From NCBI GenBank assembly GCA_001780955.1, contig MFJR01000007.1, positions 75,053 through 139,052 on the forward strand: 64,000 nt of DNA. The letters are read 5' to 3'. The stretch's first letter is position 1, and the number at the start of each line of letters is the position of its first letter. The notes under the pieces were generated by a model that saw only the letters and a program-made list of their open reading frames with translations, made no database searches and had not been told where the DNA came from. Of the stretch, positions 30,259 to 39,877 are shown in pieces. Origin of the DNA: Candidatus Gottesmanbacteria bacterium RIFCSPLOWO2_01_FULL_39_12b. Lineage in GTDB: Bacteria; Patescibacteriota; Microgenomatia; 2-02-FULL-39-11. The translations under genes and the position numbers were made by a program.

Positions 30259-31221
30259 ATGAAATGGAAAAAATTTGGCAAGATATTTGATCCTACAAGA
30301 CACAAATTATCAAATAATTGTGTTGAATTTGCTCAATCACCACAAGCATTAGTTTTCGATGATTATGTCAGGATTTATTTCTCAACAAGAGAAAAAGATA
30401 AAACCGGAAAATATTTAAGCCATATATCATTTATTGATATCGATAAAAAATTCAAGAATATAATCAATGTTTCTTCAGATACAGTAATTGAATTGGGTAA
30501 TTTAGGCTGCTATGACGAACATGGTATATTTCCATTAAATATTCTAAGAGATAGTAACAAAATACTTGGATATATTGGTGGTTGGAACAGGAGAGTTTCA
30601 GTGCAAACAGATGGTTCTATAGGTTTAGCAGTCAGCAATGATCAGGGTTTAACTTTTAAACGAATCGGAGATGGTCCTGTGCTAACATCATCACTTCATG
30701 AGCCTTTTATGATGGGTGATCCGTTTGTTCAAATGTATGATGGTATTTATCATATGTGGTATATATACGGTACTCAGTGGATAGAAGCTTCAAAGGAGAA
30801 GGAACCACAACGTGTGTATAAAATTGGACACGCTACATCACATAATGGAATTTCATGGCAAAAAGAAGGTAGGCAATTGATCGCTGACAAGCTGAATTTC
30901 AATGAATGCCAGGCCCTTCCTACGGTCATAAAAGTTAAAAATAAATATCACATGTTATTTTGTTACAGACAGGCAACTGACTTTAGAAAAAATAGAGAAC
31001 GTAGCTATAGAATTGGGTATGCTTTTTCAAAAGATTTAAAAGAGTGGACGAGAGATGATGATACTGTTGGAATTGATGTTTCGGAAGATGATTGGGATTG
31101 TGATATGCTTTGTTACCCTCATGTTTTTCGATGCGATGGGAAGATATATTTATTGTATAATGGAAATGAATTTGGACGATTTGGATTTGGTCTTGCAATA
31201 TTGGAAGATGTTGAAAATTAA
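30259..31221 (+). CDS. Five-bladed beta-propeller protein (GH43/GH130-like fold), copy 2
   Basis: Same length (320 aa) and motifs as the upstream gene: WKKFG, LGCYDEHG, GDP, HMWY, SKDLKEW, WD..LCYP, GRFGFGLA. Confidence 0.65.
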   Translation: MKWKKFGKIFDPTRHKLSNNCVEFAQSPQALVFDDYVRIYFSTREKDKTGKYLSHISFIDIDKKFKNIINVSSDTVIELGNLGCYDEHGIFPLNILRDSNKILGYIGGWNRRVSVQTDGSIGLAVSNDQGLTFKRIGDGPVLTSSLHEPFMMGDPFVQMYDGIYHMWYIYGTQWIEASKEKEPQRVYKIGHATSHNGISWQKEGRQLIADKLNFNECQALPTVIKVKNKYHMLFCYRQATDFRKNRERSYRIGYAFSKDLKEWTRDDDTVGIDVSEDDWDCDMLCYPHVFRCDGKIYLLYNGNEFGRFGFGLAILEDVEN

Positions 31222-31259
31222 ATATCAATTCAAAGATAATAAAACAAAGAAAAATACCA

Positions 31260-31817
31260 ATGAATATTAAAGGGAAAATAGTAACTTTAAGAGCTATAGA
31301 AGAGACTGATCTCAATCTTCTTCATAAATGGGCAAATGATCCTGAAATACAGGATATTATGGGCGTTATTCACTTCCCAAGTTCCATGGATTTCCATAGA
31401 TTATGGTTTCAAAACCTTAAGAGTGATCTTTTAAATCAACGGTTTGCTATTAATATGTCTGGTATTGGTTTGATTGGAATTTCAAGTCTAATGAGTATTG
31501 ACTGGCGAAATAATCATGCATGGCATGGAATAATGTTAGGAGACGCAAAAATTCGGGGAAAAGGATATGGTGTTGATGCAGTTATGGCTACGATGCGGTA
31601 TGCGTTTGAAGAATTACATTTTGAACGGCTTGATGGTTCAATAATTGAAAATAATAACATATCTTATTCCTTTTATTGTAATAAGTTAGGTTGGAAAGAA
31701 GAGGGTTTGAGAAGAAACTGGTATTTCAGGAGAGGTCGGTATTGGGATCAAATAATTGTAGGTATCACAAAGAAAGACTATGAGCAACTTGTGCAAAAAA
31801 CGAGATATTGGGACTAA
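31260..31817 (+). CDS. GNAT N-acyltransferase (RimJ/PseH-like)
   Basis: LRAIEETDL, WANDPEI, IDWRN, RGKGYG acyl-CoA motif A. Confidence 0.8.
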   Translation: MNIKGKIVTLRAIEETDLNLLHKWANDPEIQDIMGVIHFPSSMDFHRLWFQNLKSDLLNQRFAINMSGIGLIGISSLMSIDWRNNHAWHGIMLGDAKIRGKGYGVDAVMATMRYAFEELHFERLDGSIIENNNISYSFYCNKLGWKEEGLRRNWYFRRGRYWDQIIVGITKKDYEQLVQKTRYWD

Positions 31818-33115
31818 GCAGCTGAAAAAAAGAAGGAAAAAGGTAATAAGTCTAAAAACAGTTGCCATTATCGGTGCAAATGGGACAATGGGTGCAATGA
31901 CAGGAGGACTTTTTGCGCAATGTGGTTTTAGGGTCTACTTTATCAGTAAAACAATTGAAAAATCCAAAATTGGAATGCAAAAAGCATTCCATCAGGCACA
32001 ATCTGAAATAATCGGCAAAAATATAATTTGTTCTGGCTATTCAGAAATTTCGCACATACTTCCCAAATGTAACTGGATTATCGAGTGTGTCAAAGAGGAT
32101 ATTGACGTAAAAAAAGCAACGTATAAAGTAATTGATACCTATAGAAAAAAAGGGTCCGTAGTTAGCTCAATGACATCAAGTCTTCCTTTACCAAAAATAA
32201 TCGAAGGCACGAGTGATGATCTAAGACGAAACTTTATCGGATTTCATCTATTTAATCCTCCAAATAAATTAACGCTTTGTGAAATTGCCCCAATAAAAGA
32301 TACAGATAAAGCAGTTGTAGATCTTGTTTCAAAAATTGCTCAGAAATATCTTTTTCGTACAGTAATTCCTGTTCGTAATGTAGCTGGTTATGTAGGAAAT
32401 AGAATAGGATTTAAATTTTTCTCAGATGTCACTAAAGAAGTACCCAAATATGGTGTTGAAATGATAGATTATTTACTTGGTCCATATATTGGAAGAGCTA
32501 TGTCACCACTTGCGACATTAGATTTAATTGGCATAGACAATTATACGTAGTCTTATGACTCATATTGTTGACGGTAAATCAGATGAATTTATGCTTCCCC
32601 ATTTTATTAATACGATGGTAGAATTAGGACGCTTAGGAAATAAAACTCCAGATAAGGGCGGATTTTATAAACGTAAATACGATAAGTCAAAAACAGTTCT
32701 TAACATTAAGTCTTTTACTTATGCAAGTGTTTCATGTGTCAAAATTCCTTTTGTGGAACAAGCAAAACAATATATAAGAGAAGGCAGATATTTTGATGCT
32801 TTCACTGAAATTAAAAAAAGCAGTGAAAAAAAAGCTGATTTTATTCGCAAAATTTTATGTTCTTACGTAGCTTATTCTTTTGCGTGTGTGGGTGAAGTAA
32901 CACACAAAAAATATGGAATAGAATTGATTGATAAAGCCATGGCGTATGGCTTTAATTGGGCTCCTCCTACTCTCATTATGCAATTGTTTGGAGGAAAAAA
33001 AGAAATCATACCATTGCTTAAACACTACTCTATAGAAATCCCAAACTCCTTACTGGAATTTTCTGAATTGCCTTTATTTAACCCACGTCATGGTATATAC
33101 TTTCTTGCCAAATGA
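31780..33115 (+). pseudogene. 3-hydroxyacyl-CoA (3-hydroxybutyryl-CoA) dehydrogenase split by a 1-nt frameshift near 32539
   Basis: ORF 31780-32550 has GANGTMG, IIECVKED, GFHLFNPP..E, GYVGNRIG, PLATLDLIGID; ORF 32555-33115 continues with MVELGRLGNKT..GGFY. Removing one A at 32539-32540 fuses them in frame. Could be a sequencing error. Confidence 0.7.
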
Positions 33116-33128
33116 AAAACTTAAACCT

Positions 33129-34361
33129 ATGAATCAGAAACCTGTATACATATTGGGTGGTTATCAAACGGATTTCGCAAGAAATTGGTCTAAAGAGAAT
33201 AAACATATCGTTGCGATGATACGCGAAGTTCTTGAAGGAGGGATAATGGAGACGTTGCTTCCTATAGAGGATATTAATGCTGCTTTTGTCGCTAACTTTG
33301 CTGGAGAACTTTATGTAAATCAAGGATTACTCGGCGCATTCCTGGTTGAAGCAGATTCACGACTTACGGGTATTCCTTCTACGAGAGTGGAAGCTGCTTG
33401 TGCGTCTGGTTCCGTAGCAATATTAAATGCAATCGCATTTATTCAAGCGGGAATTTATGATGTAGTGTGGGTAGTTGGAGTTGAACAGATGAAAACTGTC
33501 GGTGGGCAAGAAGGTTCTAAGTATTTAGGCAGAGCTGCTTGGTATGAAAAAGAAGCTAAAGATATTGATTTTCCATTCCCAAAACTTTTTGGAAGGCTTG
33601 TTGATGTATATGATAAGCGGTATGGCATAGAAACAAAATATTTAGCAGCTATAGCAGAGAAAAATTATGCAAATGCAAAGAGAAATCCCAATGCGCAAAC
33701 CAGGAATTGGTACATGAGTTTTGATCATGCGAACACTATTGGAGAATATAATCGTATTTTGTCTGGAAAGTTGAGATTAACTGATTGTTCTCACGTTACC
33801 GATGGGGCAGTTTCGCTCTTTCTAGCCTCATCTGATTATACTAAAAAGCATGCAAAGAAACATAATAAAAAACTTGAATCTATTCCCCGCATATTGGGAT
33901 GGGGACAAACAACCGCTCCTGTGGAATTCGATAAAAAAATTCGGGAGTCAGAGAAAGATAACTATGTTCTCCTTTATACTCGTAAAGCTATACTTCATGC
34001 CTTCAAAAAATCTGGAGTTAAAAATTGTTGGGATTTAGATCTTGTTGAAACACATGATTGTTTTACCTCAGCAGAATATATGGCGATTGACCATTTTGGT
34101 TTGACAGCGCCTGGAGAATCATGGAAGGCGATAGAGAATGGAGTTGTTAATTTCAATGGTAAACTTCCATTTAATCCATCAGGGGGACTGATAGGCGTTG
34201 GACATCCGGTTGGCGCCACAGGTGTTCGTCAAATACTGGATGCTTTCAAACAGGTAAACAATACGGCCAAAGATTATCAAATTGAAAACGCCAGAAAGGT
34301 TGCCACTCTAAATATTGGTGGATCAGCAACAACCAATGTGTGCATGATTATCGGAAAATAA
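33129..34361 (+). CDS. Acetyl-CoA acetyltransferase (SCP2-type thiolase)
   Basis: EAACASGS catalytic Cys, ETHDCF, NPSGGLIGVGHPVGATG; start taken at MNQKPVYILGG. Confidence 0.88.
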   Translation: MNQKPVYILGGYQTDFARNWSKENKHIVAMIREVLEGGIMETLLPIEDINAAFVANFAGELYVNQGLLGAFLVEADSRLTGIPSTRVEAACASGSVAILNAIAFIQAGIYDVVWVVGVEQMKTVGGQEGSKYLGRAAWYEKEAKDIDFPFPKLFGRLVDVYDKRYGIETKYLAAIAEKNYANAKRNPNAQTRNWYMSFDHANTIGEYNRILSGKLRLTDCSHVTDGAVSLFLASSDYTKKHAKKHNKKLESIPRILGWGQTTAPVEFDKKIRESEKDNYVLLYTRKAILHAFKKSGVKNCWDLDLVETHDCFTSAEYMAIDHFGLTAPGESWKAIENGVVNFNGKLPFNPSGGLIGVGHPVGATGVRQILDAFKQVNNTAKDYQIENARKVATLNIGGSATTNVCMIIGK

Positions 34362-34375
34362 AATCTTTCTTTAAT

Positions 34376-35119
34376 ATGAAAATAAGAAGAGACTACGACA
34401 AAGAACTAAAAAATGCGAATGGTTATAAGTATGCATATAATTTTGATTTGGATGTTATGCACCCATTTATGATCCGAGCCTTTGAACCTTTTTTAAGACA
34501 AGGAAATTTACTGGAGTTAGGAAGTTACCAAGGGAATTTTACAAAAAGACTTTTACCGTATTTCAATGATATAACTTGTGTGGAAGCATCAGATGAAATA
34601 ATTGCTCTTGCAAAAAAAAGATTAGGGAATAAAGTTAAGTTTATACATTCAATTTTCGAAACAGCAAGTTTACCTTCAAAATACGATAATATCATACTAA
34701 CTCATACGCTTGAACATCTTGATAATCCTGTGCTGGTTTTAAAAAGAATAAATAATGAGTGGTTGTCAGAAAAAGGCAGATTCTTTTTGGTTTGCCCCAA
34801 TGCCAATGCACCTTCCAGACAAATTGCCGTCAAAATGGGTTTAATAAGCCATAATACGGCGGTAACTCCGTCAGAAGTAAAACATGGTCATAGAACCACG
34901 TACACTCTTGATACATTAGAGAGAGATGCAAAGGCCGGGGGACTAAATGTAGTTTATCGTTCTGGTATTTTTTTTAAAGCTTTTGCAAATTTTCAATGGG
35001 ACAGGCTGCTTAAGACAGATATTATTTCCCAAGAATATTTAGAAGGATGCTACGTATTAGGACAACAATACCCGGACTTATGTTCCAGTATTTTTTTACT
35101 GTGTGAAAAAGGAAAATAA
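34376..35119 (+). CDS. Class I SAM methyltransferase
   Basis: LLELGSYQG, VEAS, LTHTLEHL, VCPNA; start at ATG 34376. Confidence 0.85.
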   Translation: MKIRRDYDKELKNANGYKYAYNFDLDVMHPFMIRAFEPFLRQGNLLELGSYQGNFTKRLLPYFNDITCVEASDEIIALAKKRLGNKVKFIHSIFETASLPSKYDNIILTHTLEHLDNPVLVLKRINNEWLSEKGRFFLVCPNANAPSRQIAVKMGLISHNTAVTPSEVKHGHRTTYTLDTLERDAKAGGLNVVYRSGIFFKAFANFQWDRLLKTDIISQEYLEGCYVLGQQYPDLCSSIFLLCEKGK

Positions 35120-35120
35120 T

Positions 35121-36041
35121 ATGAAAATATCCTTCTCTATCGCGGTGTATCGTAATGAAGGATCAATTAGGAAAACATATGAAAAAATCAAGAAGATTTT
35201 TGCTACTACGCTTAAAAATTATCAATACGAGTTTGTTTTTGTAGATGACGGTTCAGGCGATAATTCTTTAAAGGAAATACTAGATATTAAGGAGCATGAT
35301 TCAAAGGTTAAGGTAATTGCGTTTACGAGGAATTTTGGTCAAATGGCTGCCATGCTTGCGGGACTGAAAGAAGCAAGTGGGGATGCGGTTATAAACATAT
35401 CAGCAGATATGCAGGATCCTATTAGCCTTATTCCTCAAATGGCGGAAAAATGGAAAGAGGGATCAGAGATAGTTGTTTGCTACCGTATTAACAGGCAAGA
35501 TAATTTTGCCGCCAAATTATTTTCGCGTTGTGCCTATTCACTGTTAAGATTATCTATTCCTCAAATACCGGTAGGAGGGTTTGACTATGTTCTTATGGAT
35601 AGAGCGGTATTAGATGTGTTTAATTCTATTGATGTGCGCAACAGATTTTTCCAGGGTGATTTACTTTGGGCGGGTTTCAGAACGAGTTTCATTCCATACG
35701 TTCGTCTTAAACGGTTAATTGGTAAATCACAGTATAGTTGGGGAAAAAAGCTTAAAAATTTTTTAGATGCTTTTCTTGATTCTTCATACCTTTCAATCCG
35801 CCTTATTTCACTCATTGGTATTCTTATATCGTGTTTGGGTGTGATATATAGCATAACTATTGTTTATAGCTGGCTCAGGGGCGGTACGCCTTTTACTGGT
35901 TGGGCTCCGATTATGATTTCTATTTTATTTGTAGGCGGATTGATTATGGTGATGCTTGGTGTAATTGGTGAATATATCTGGCGGATATATGACGAGGTTC
36001 GTAAGAAGCCAAATTACATTATTAGAAAGAAATATCTATAA
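35121..36041 (+). CDS. GtrB/ArnC-like undecaprenyl-phosphate glycosyltransferase (GT2 with 2 C-terminal TMs)
   Basis: FVDDGSGD, TRNFGQMAA, SADMQDP, GFDYVLMDR, C-terminal TMs, GVIGEYIWRIYDEVRKKPNYII. Confidence 0.85.
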   Translation: MKISFSIAVYRNEGSIRKTYEKIKKIFATTLKNYQYEFVFVDDGSGDNSLKEILDIKEHDSKVKVIAFTRNFGQMAAMLAGLKEASGDAVINISADMQDPISLIPQMAEKWKEGSEIVVCYRINRQDNFAAKLFSRCAYSLLRLSIPQIPVGGFDYVLMDRAVLDVFNSIDVRNRFFQGDLLWAGFRTSFIPYVRLKRLIGKSQYSWGKKLKNFLDAFLDSSYLSIRLISLIGILISCLGVIYSITIVYSWLRGGTPFTGWAPIMISILFVGGLIMVMLGVIGEYIWRIYDEVRKKPNYIIRKKYL

Positions 36042-36043
36042 GT

Positions 36044-36057
36044 CTTGTAGCTACAAG
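36044..36057. other. Perfect 14-bp palindrome CTTGTAGCTACAAG in intergenic gap (hairpin or operator)
   Basis: Self-complementary sequence directly after the GT2 stop, with gt/ac flanks extending the stem past a one-base bulge. Confidence 0.4.
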
Positions 36058-36083
36058 GACAGAAACGACATAGATATACAGAA

Positions 36084-37208
36084 ATGAAACCATTCTCAAA
36101 ACCTATTTATATTACCCGGCCTCTGATGCCCCCGTTGCATAAATTTACCGCCAAACTACGGCAAATTTGGAAAAGTAAATGGCTATCAAATAACGGAATA
36201 CAGCTTCAAACGCTAGAGAAAAAAATTCAGAGAGTTCTAAAAGTTCCCCATATATCCTTATTTAATAACGGAACTATTGCACTGCTTACTGCTATTAAAA
36301 GTTTGAATCTCAAGGGAGAAGTTATTACAACACCTTTTACATTTCCGGCGACTCCTAACTGTCTTACTTGGTGCAATATTACACCTGTATTTTGTGATAT
36401 TGATTCCGTAACCATGAACATTGATCCTGCGAAAATAGAAAAAAATATAAATAAGAAAACTACCGGGATTTTGGCGGTTCACGTATTCGGATCACCATGT
36501 GATGTACCTACGATTCAGAAAATAGCTGAAAGAAATAGTTTAAAAGTTGTCTATGATGCCGCCCACGGCTTTGAAATCGAAATTAATAATATTGGAATCG
36601 GAAATTTTGGAGACATTTCAATGTTTAGTTTTCATCCGACAAAATTATTTCATACAGGAGAAGGTGGGGCACTTACCTGTAAGGACAAGATTCTTAAAAA
36701 GAAAATTGATTTACTGAGAAATTTTGGGATAAAAAATGAAGAGGAAGTTCTATTACCCGGGATAAACGGTAAGATGAACGAATTGATATCTGCGTTTGGA
36801 CATGTTCTTCTTCCGCTTGTTAAGGCTGAACAAAAGAGGCGAAAACGAATAAGCGAACTCTATAAACGCTATATAGATAATATACCTGGAGTTACCTATC
36901 AGAAAGATATACCCATGGTAAAAACTAATTATCAATATTTTGTAATCAGAATTAACAGTAGAATATTTGGGCGTTCGCGTAATGACGTATATAATATTTT
37001 TCGAACATATAACATATATGCAAGGAAGTATTTTTTTCCTCTTTGCAGCCAGTATCCATATTACAAGCATTTACCCTCTTCCAATCCGAAAAATTTACCA
37101 AACGCCCATAGGATAGCCGATGAAGTTCTAGCTCTGCCATTTTACGGACAGCTATCAATAAGTGAAGCGGAAAAAATTATTTCACTCTTAAAGTCATTAG
37201 GGAAATAG
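36084..37208 (+). CDS. DegT/DnrJ sugar aminotransferase, VioA-like (NDP-4-amino-4,6-dideoxyglucose)
   Basis: IYITRPLMP..WLSNNG, TTPFTFPAT, YDAAHGF, SFHPTKLFHTGEGGA (PLP Lys), GINGKMNE. Confidence 0.85.
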   Translation: MKPFSKPIYITRPLMPPLHKFTAKLRQIWKSKWLSNNGIQLQTLEKKIQRVLKVPHISLFNNGTIALLTAIKSLNLKGEVITTPFTFPATPNCLTWCNITPVFCDIDSVTMNIDPAKIEKNINKKTTGILAVHVFGSPCDVPTIQKIAERNSLKVVYDAAHGFEIEINNIGIGNFGDISMFSFHPTKLFHTGEGGALTCKDKILKKKIDLLRNFGIKNEEEVLLPGINGKMNELISAFGHVLLPLVKAEQKRRKRISELYKRYIDNIPGVTYQKDIPMVKTNYQYFVIRINSRIFGRSRNDVYNIFRTYNIYARKYFFPLCSQYPYYKHLPSSNPKNLPNAHRIADEVLALPFYGQLSISEAEKIISLLKSLGK

Positions 37209-37209
37209 T

Positions 37210-37959
37210 ATGGATAAGAAGGATAAATATGTGCATAGTATGGATTGGACACAAAAAGCAGGAAACTACGAACTGCATAATTATCGAAAATATCAATACG
37301 ATCTTATTGCCAAATATATCGGAAATAATATTCTAGAGGTAGGAAGTGGAGAAAAAGGATTCACGAACGAAATAGTAAAAAATGCTAAAAATATTAAAAG
37401 ATTAATCTCAATAGAACCGTCTAAAACTCTTTTTTACCTTCATAAAAATAAACACCAATTTCCTGATTATGTTTCTTTTCATATGAAAGACCTTTTTGAT
37501 CTGAGTCTCAAAACATTCGGATCTTTTGATACAGTATTGTTTATCCATACACTGGAACACATAAAGGAAGATAAAAAAGCTTTGGATAAAGCCTGCGAGC
37601 TTCTGAGATCCGGGGGCTTTATCTTAATTGAAGTCCCGGCACTGCAATTTTTATTTTCTTCTCATGACAAAGCCTTGGGTCATTACCGCAGGTACAGAAA
37701 ACAACATTTACTATCTTTGATAGACAAAAAAAAATTAACAGTAGTAGATATGTGGTATCAGGATTTTTTGGGCATGTTAGGATCATTATTATTTTTTAAA
37801 TTTAAGAAGATAACCCTGAACTCAAGCTCCGGAGTCAATCTTGTAAAGAACCAAGGAAGATTGTACGACAACTACGTAGTTCCTCTTCAATGTTTCATCG
37901 AAAAACACGTTAGATTACCTATAGGATTAAGCTTAACCGCAGTACTTGAAAAAAAATAA
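37210..37959 (+). CDS. Class I SAM methyltransferase
   Basis: ILEVGSGEKG, HTLEHIKED, VPA..HD...GHYRRY. Confidence 0.85.
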   Translation: MDKKDKYVHSMDWTQKAGNYELHNYRKYQYDLIAKYIGNNILEVGSGEKGFTNEIVKNAKNIKRLISIEPSKTLFYLHKNKHQFPDYVSFHMKDLFDLSLKTFGSFDTVLFIHTLEHIKEDKKALDKACELLRSGGFILIEVPALQFLFSSHDKALGHYRRYRKQHLLSLIDKKKLTVVDMWYQDFLGMLGSLLFFKFKKITLNSSSGVNLVKNQGRLYDNYVVPLQCFIEKHVRLPIGLSLTAVLEKK

Positions 37960-37988
37960 TTATCAATATTGATATGTATGAATGATCT

Positions 37989-39875
37989 ATGAAGCATTTG
38001 TTTAAAAATTCGAAAAAATATTTTTTCGTTACATTTTTCTTATTCATTTTAAGCCTGCTGTGGATTTTTTATACATATAATGACAAATTTCAGTATCAAG
38101 TCATCAAGAATGTCACATATAACAATATTGATAGTCAAAAGGAGTATTCCGAAGCGGTTAGTTCAAACTATAAAGACGTTGATATCAGTTTTTCACTTTT
38201 CGTTGATTCGAAGGATAATATCGTTGATATCTTCCAAACGGGATCTTTAGGCACAGGTTTGATCATGAGATTTTCTCAACCAGGATTATTACAAATAATC
38301 ATCGGTTATGACAATCTTCTGGGAAATAAAGTTTATTCGCTCACTGATTCGTTTGAATACAATAAAGCGCATGCTATAAAAGTCATAGTTACCAAAGAAA
38401 AACATCTTTGGGTTGCATACGATGACATACTTGTTATCAACACATATGACAAAAATATAAACTTTGATGTCTCTAAATTCCGATTAGGACAGTTTTTCCA
38501 TGATGAAAAGATAACCAAGAGTACTATAAGTAATTTAAAATACACGTACACTCTGTTTCGTACAGTTCCAGCATACTCAATTGTTAAAAAAATAATGACT
38601 TTGATATTTTTTGTCTTAAGCTTCCAATTATTGAAAAAAAATATCAGAATTTTTTCACGCGAGGAGAGAATCAAATATACGGCATTTATACTGGTTGTTG
38701 GATTCTTGATGGCAGTTTTTTATCTCATAGGCCAAAGTATATTAGGATATACCTATCCGAAAAATACATTCCTTTTTAACCCGGGTAATATGTTTAGTGA
38801 TTTCATCGGCCCGGTAAATAATCCGGATATAATCACCTATTCATTTTTCATGGCGAGTATAAAACTTTTCTTTTATCATTTTGGTACTGAGATTAGCTTA
38901 GTGCTATTTCTTGTAGGATCGATTGCATTTCTGACACTTATAAATATCAAGGAAATTGCCGGCAAAAAATTTAACACGACTTCAATATTCTATGCTGCCG
39001 TTTTTTCATTACTTAGCTATCCTGTCCTTTTTGCTATAAATAGGGGCAATTTTGAACTATGGGTTTTTGTTTTATTGTATTTATTCTCCTATTACTTAAA
39101 TCAGAAAAGATTTATCAGAAGTGCAATATTCCTTTCCCTCGCAATATCACTGAAAATATTTCCCGCAGTTTTTCTCATAGTTATGCTATCTTGTAAGAAG
39201 TTTAAGGCCGCTATATATGCTTGTTTATTCACATTATGTACTACATTGATATCCTTAGCTGTATTTGCAAGTAGATCATCCCATAATGTAAGCAAATTAA
39301 TTTCTCAATACGTCAATACCTATACTATTGGATACGTAAAGGAATATGTTGTGGATAATAGAGGACTGGACTTTGGGCACAGTCTTTATGGACTTCTTAA
39401 ATTGCGTATTTTTAGTTTCTACAAAACGACTAACATTACCGACGTTACTCTCAAGAAAATTACAACCCTTCTCAATTCGTATACCCGGATTCAAATATCG
39501 CTTCTTGTCATACTTTCGGCGTATATTCTTTTCATAGAAAAAGAATTATGGAAAAAAATTACTCTCATGGTAATTGCGATGAATTTACTGCCTTTTGTGT
39601 CTGCCGATTATAAACTAATCAATTTCTTTATCCCTTTATATCTATTTATTAACAAAAAAGAAAAAAGCAGAATTGATTTTCTTTATATCATTCTCTTTTC
39701 TTTACTTTTAGTACCGAAAAATTACTACACAGTACTCTTGAATTTACCGGATACCAGTTTATCGGTTTTATTGAATCCTTTAATAATGATTATTCTGGCA
39801 CTGTTTATCTTATTTGAGGGATTCAAAAATATGTATGTTAGGAAGCGAAGTTCGTATGTCTCCTCCGTGATATAA
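37989..39875 (+). CDS. GT-C transferase (GT87/DUF2029-like) with an N-terminal extracytoplasmic beta domain
   Basis: TM, about 170 aa beta-rich soluble region, then NTFLFNP..FSDF, YPVLFAINRGNFE, LKIFP, HSLYG, SADYKL and many TMs. Confidence 0.65.
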   Translation: MKHLFKNSKKYFFVTFFLFILSLLWIFYTYNDKFQYQVIKNVTYNNIDSQKEYSEAVSSNYKDVDISFSLFVDSKDNIVDIFQTGSLGTGLIMRFSQPGLLQIIIGYDNLLGNKVYSLTDSFEYNKAHAIKVIVTKEKHLWVAYDDILVINTYDKNINFDVSKFRLGQFFHDEKITKSTISNLKYTYTLFRTVPAYSIVKKIMTLIFFVLSFQLLKKNIRIFSREERIKYTAFILVVGFLMAVFYLIGQSILGYTYPKNTFLFNPGNMFSDFIGPVNNPDIITYSFFMASIKLFFYHFGTEISLVLFLVGSIAFLTLINIKEIAGKKFNTTSIFYAAVFSLLSYPVLFAINRGNFELWVFVLLYLFSYYLNQKRFIRSAIFLSLAISLKIFPAVFLIVMLSCKKFKAAIYACLFTLCTTLISLAVFASRSSHNVSKLISQYVNTYTIGYVKEYVVDNRGLDFGHSLYGLLKLRIFSFYKTTNITDVTLKKITTLLNSYTRIQISLLVILSAYILFIEKELWKKITLMVIAMNLLPFVSADYKLINFFIPLYLFINKKEKSRIDFLYIILFSLLLVPKNYYTVLLNLPDTSLSVLLNPLIMIILALFILFEGFKNMYVRKRSSYVSSVI

Positions 39876-39877
39876 TA

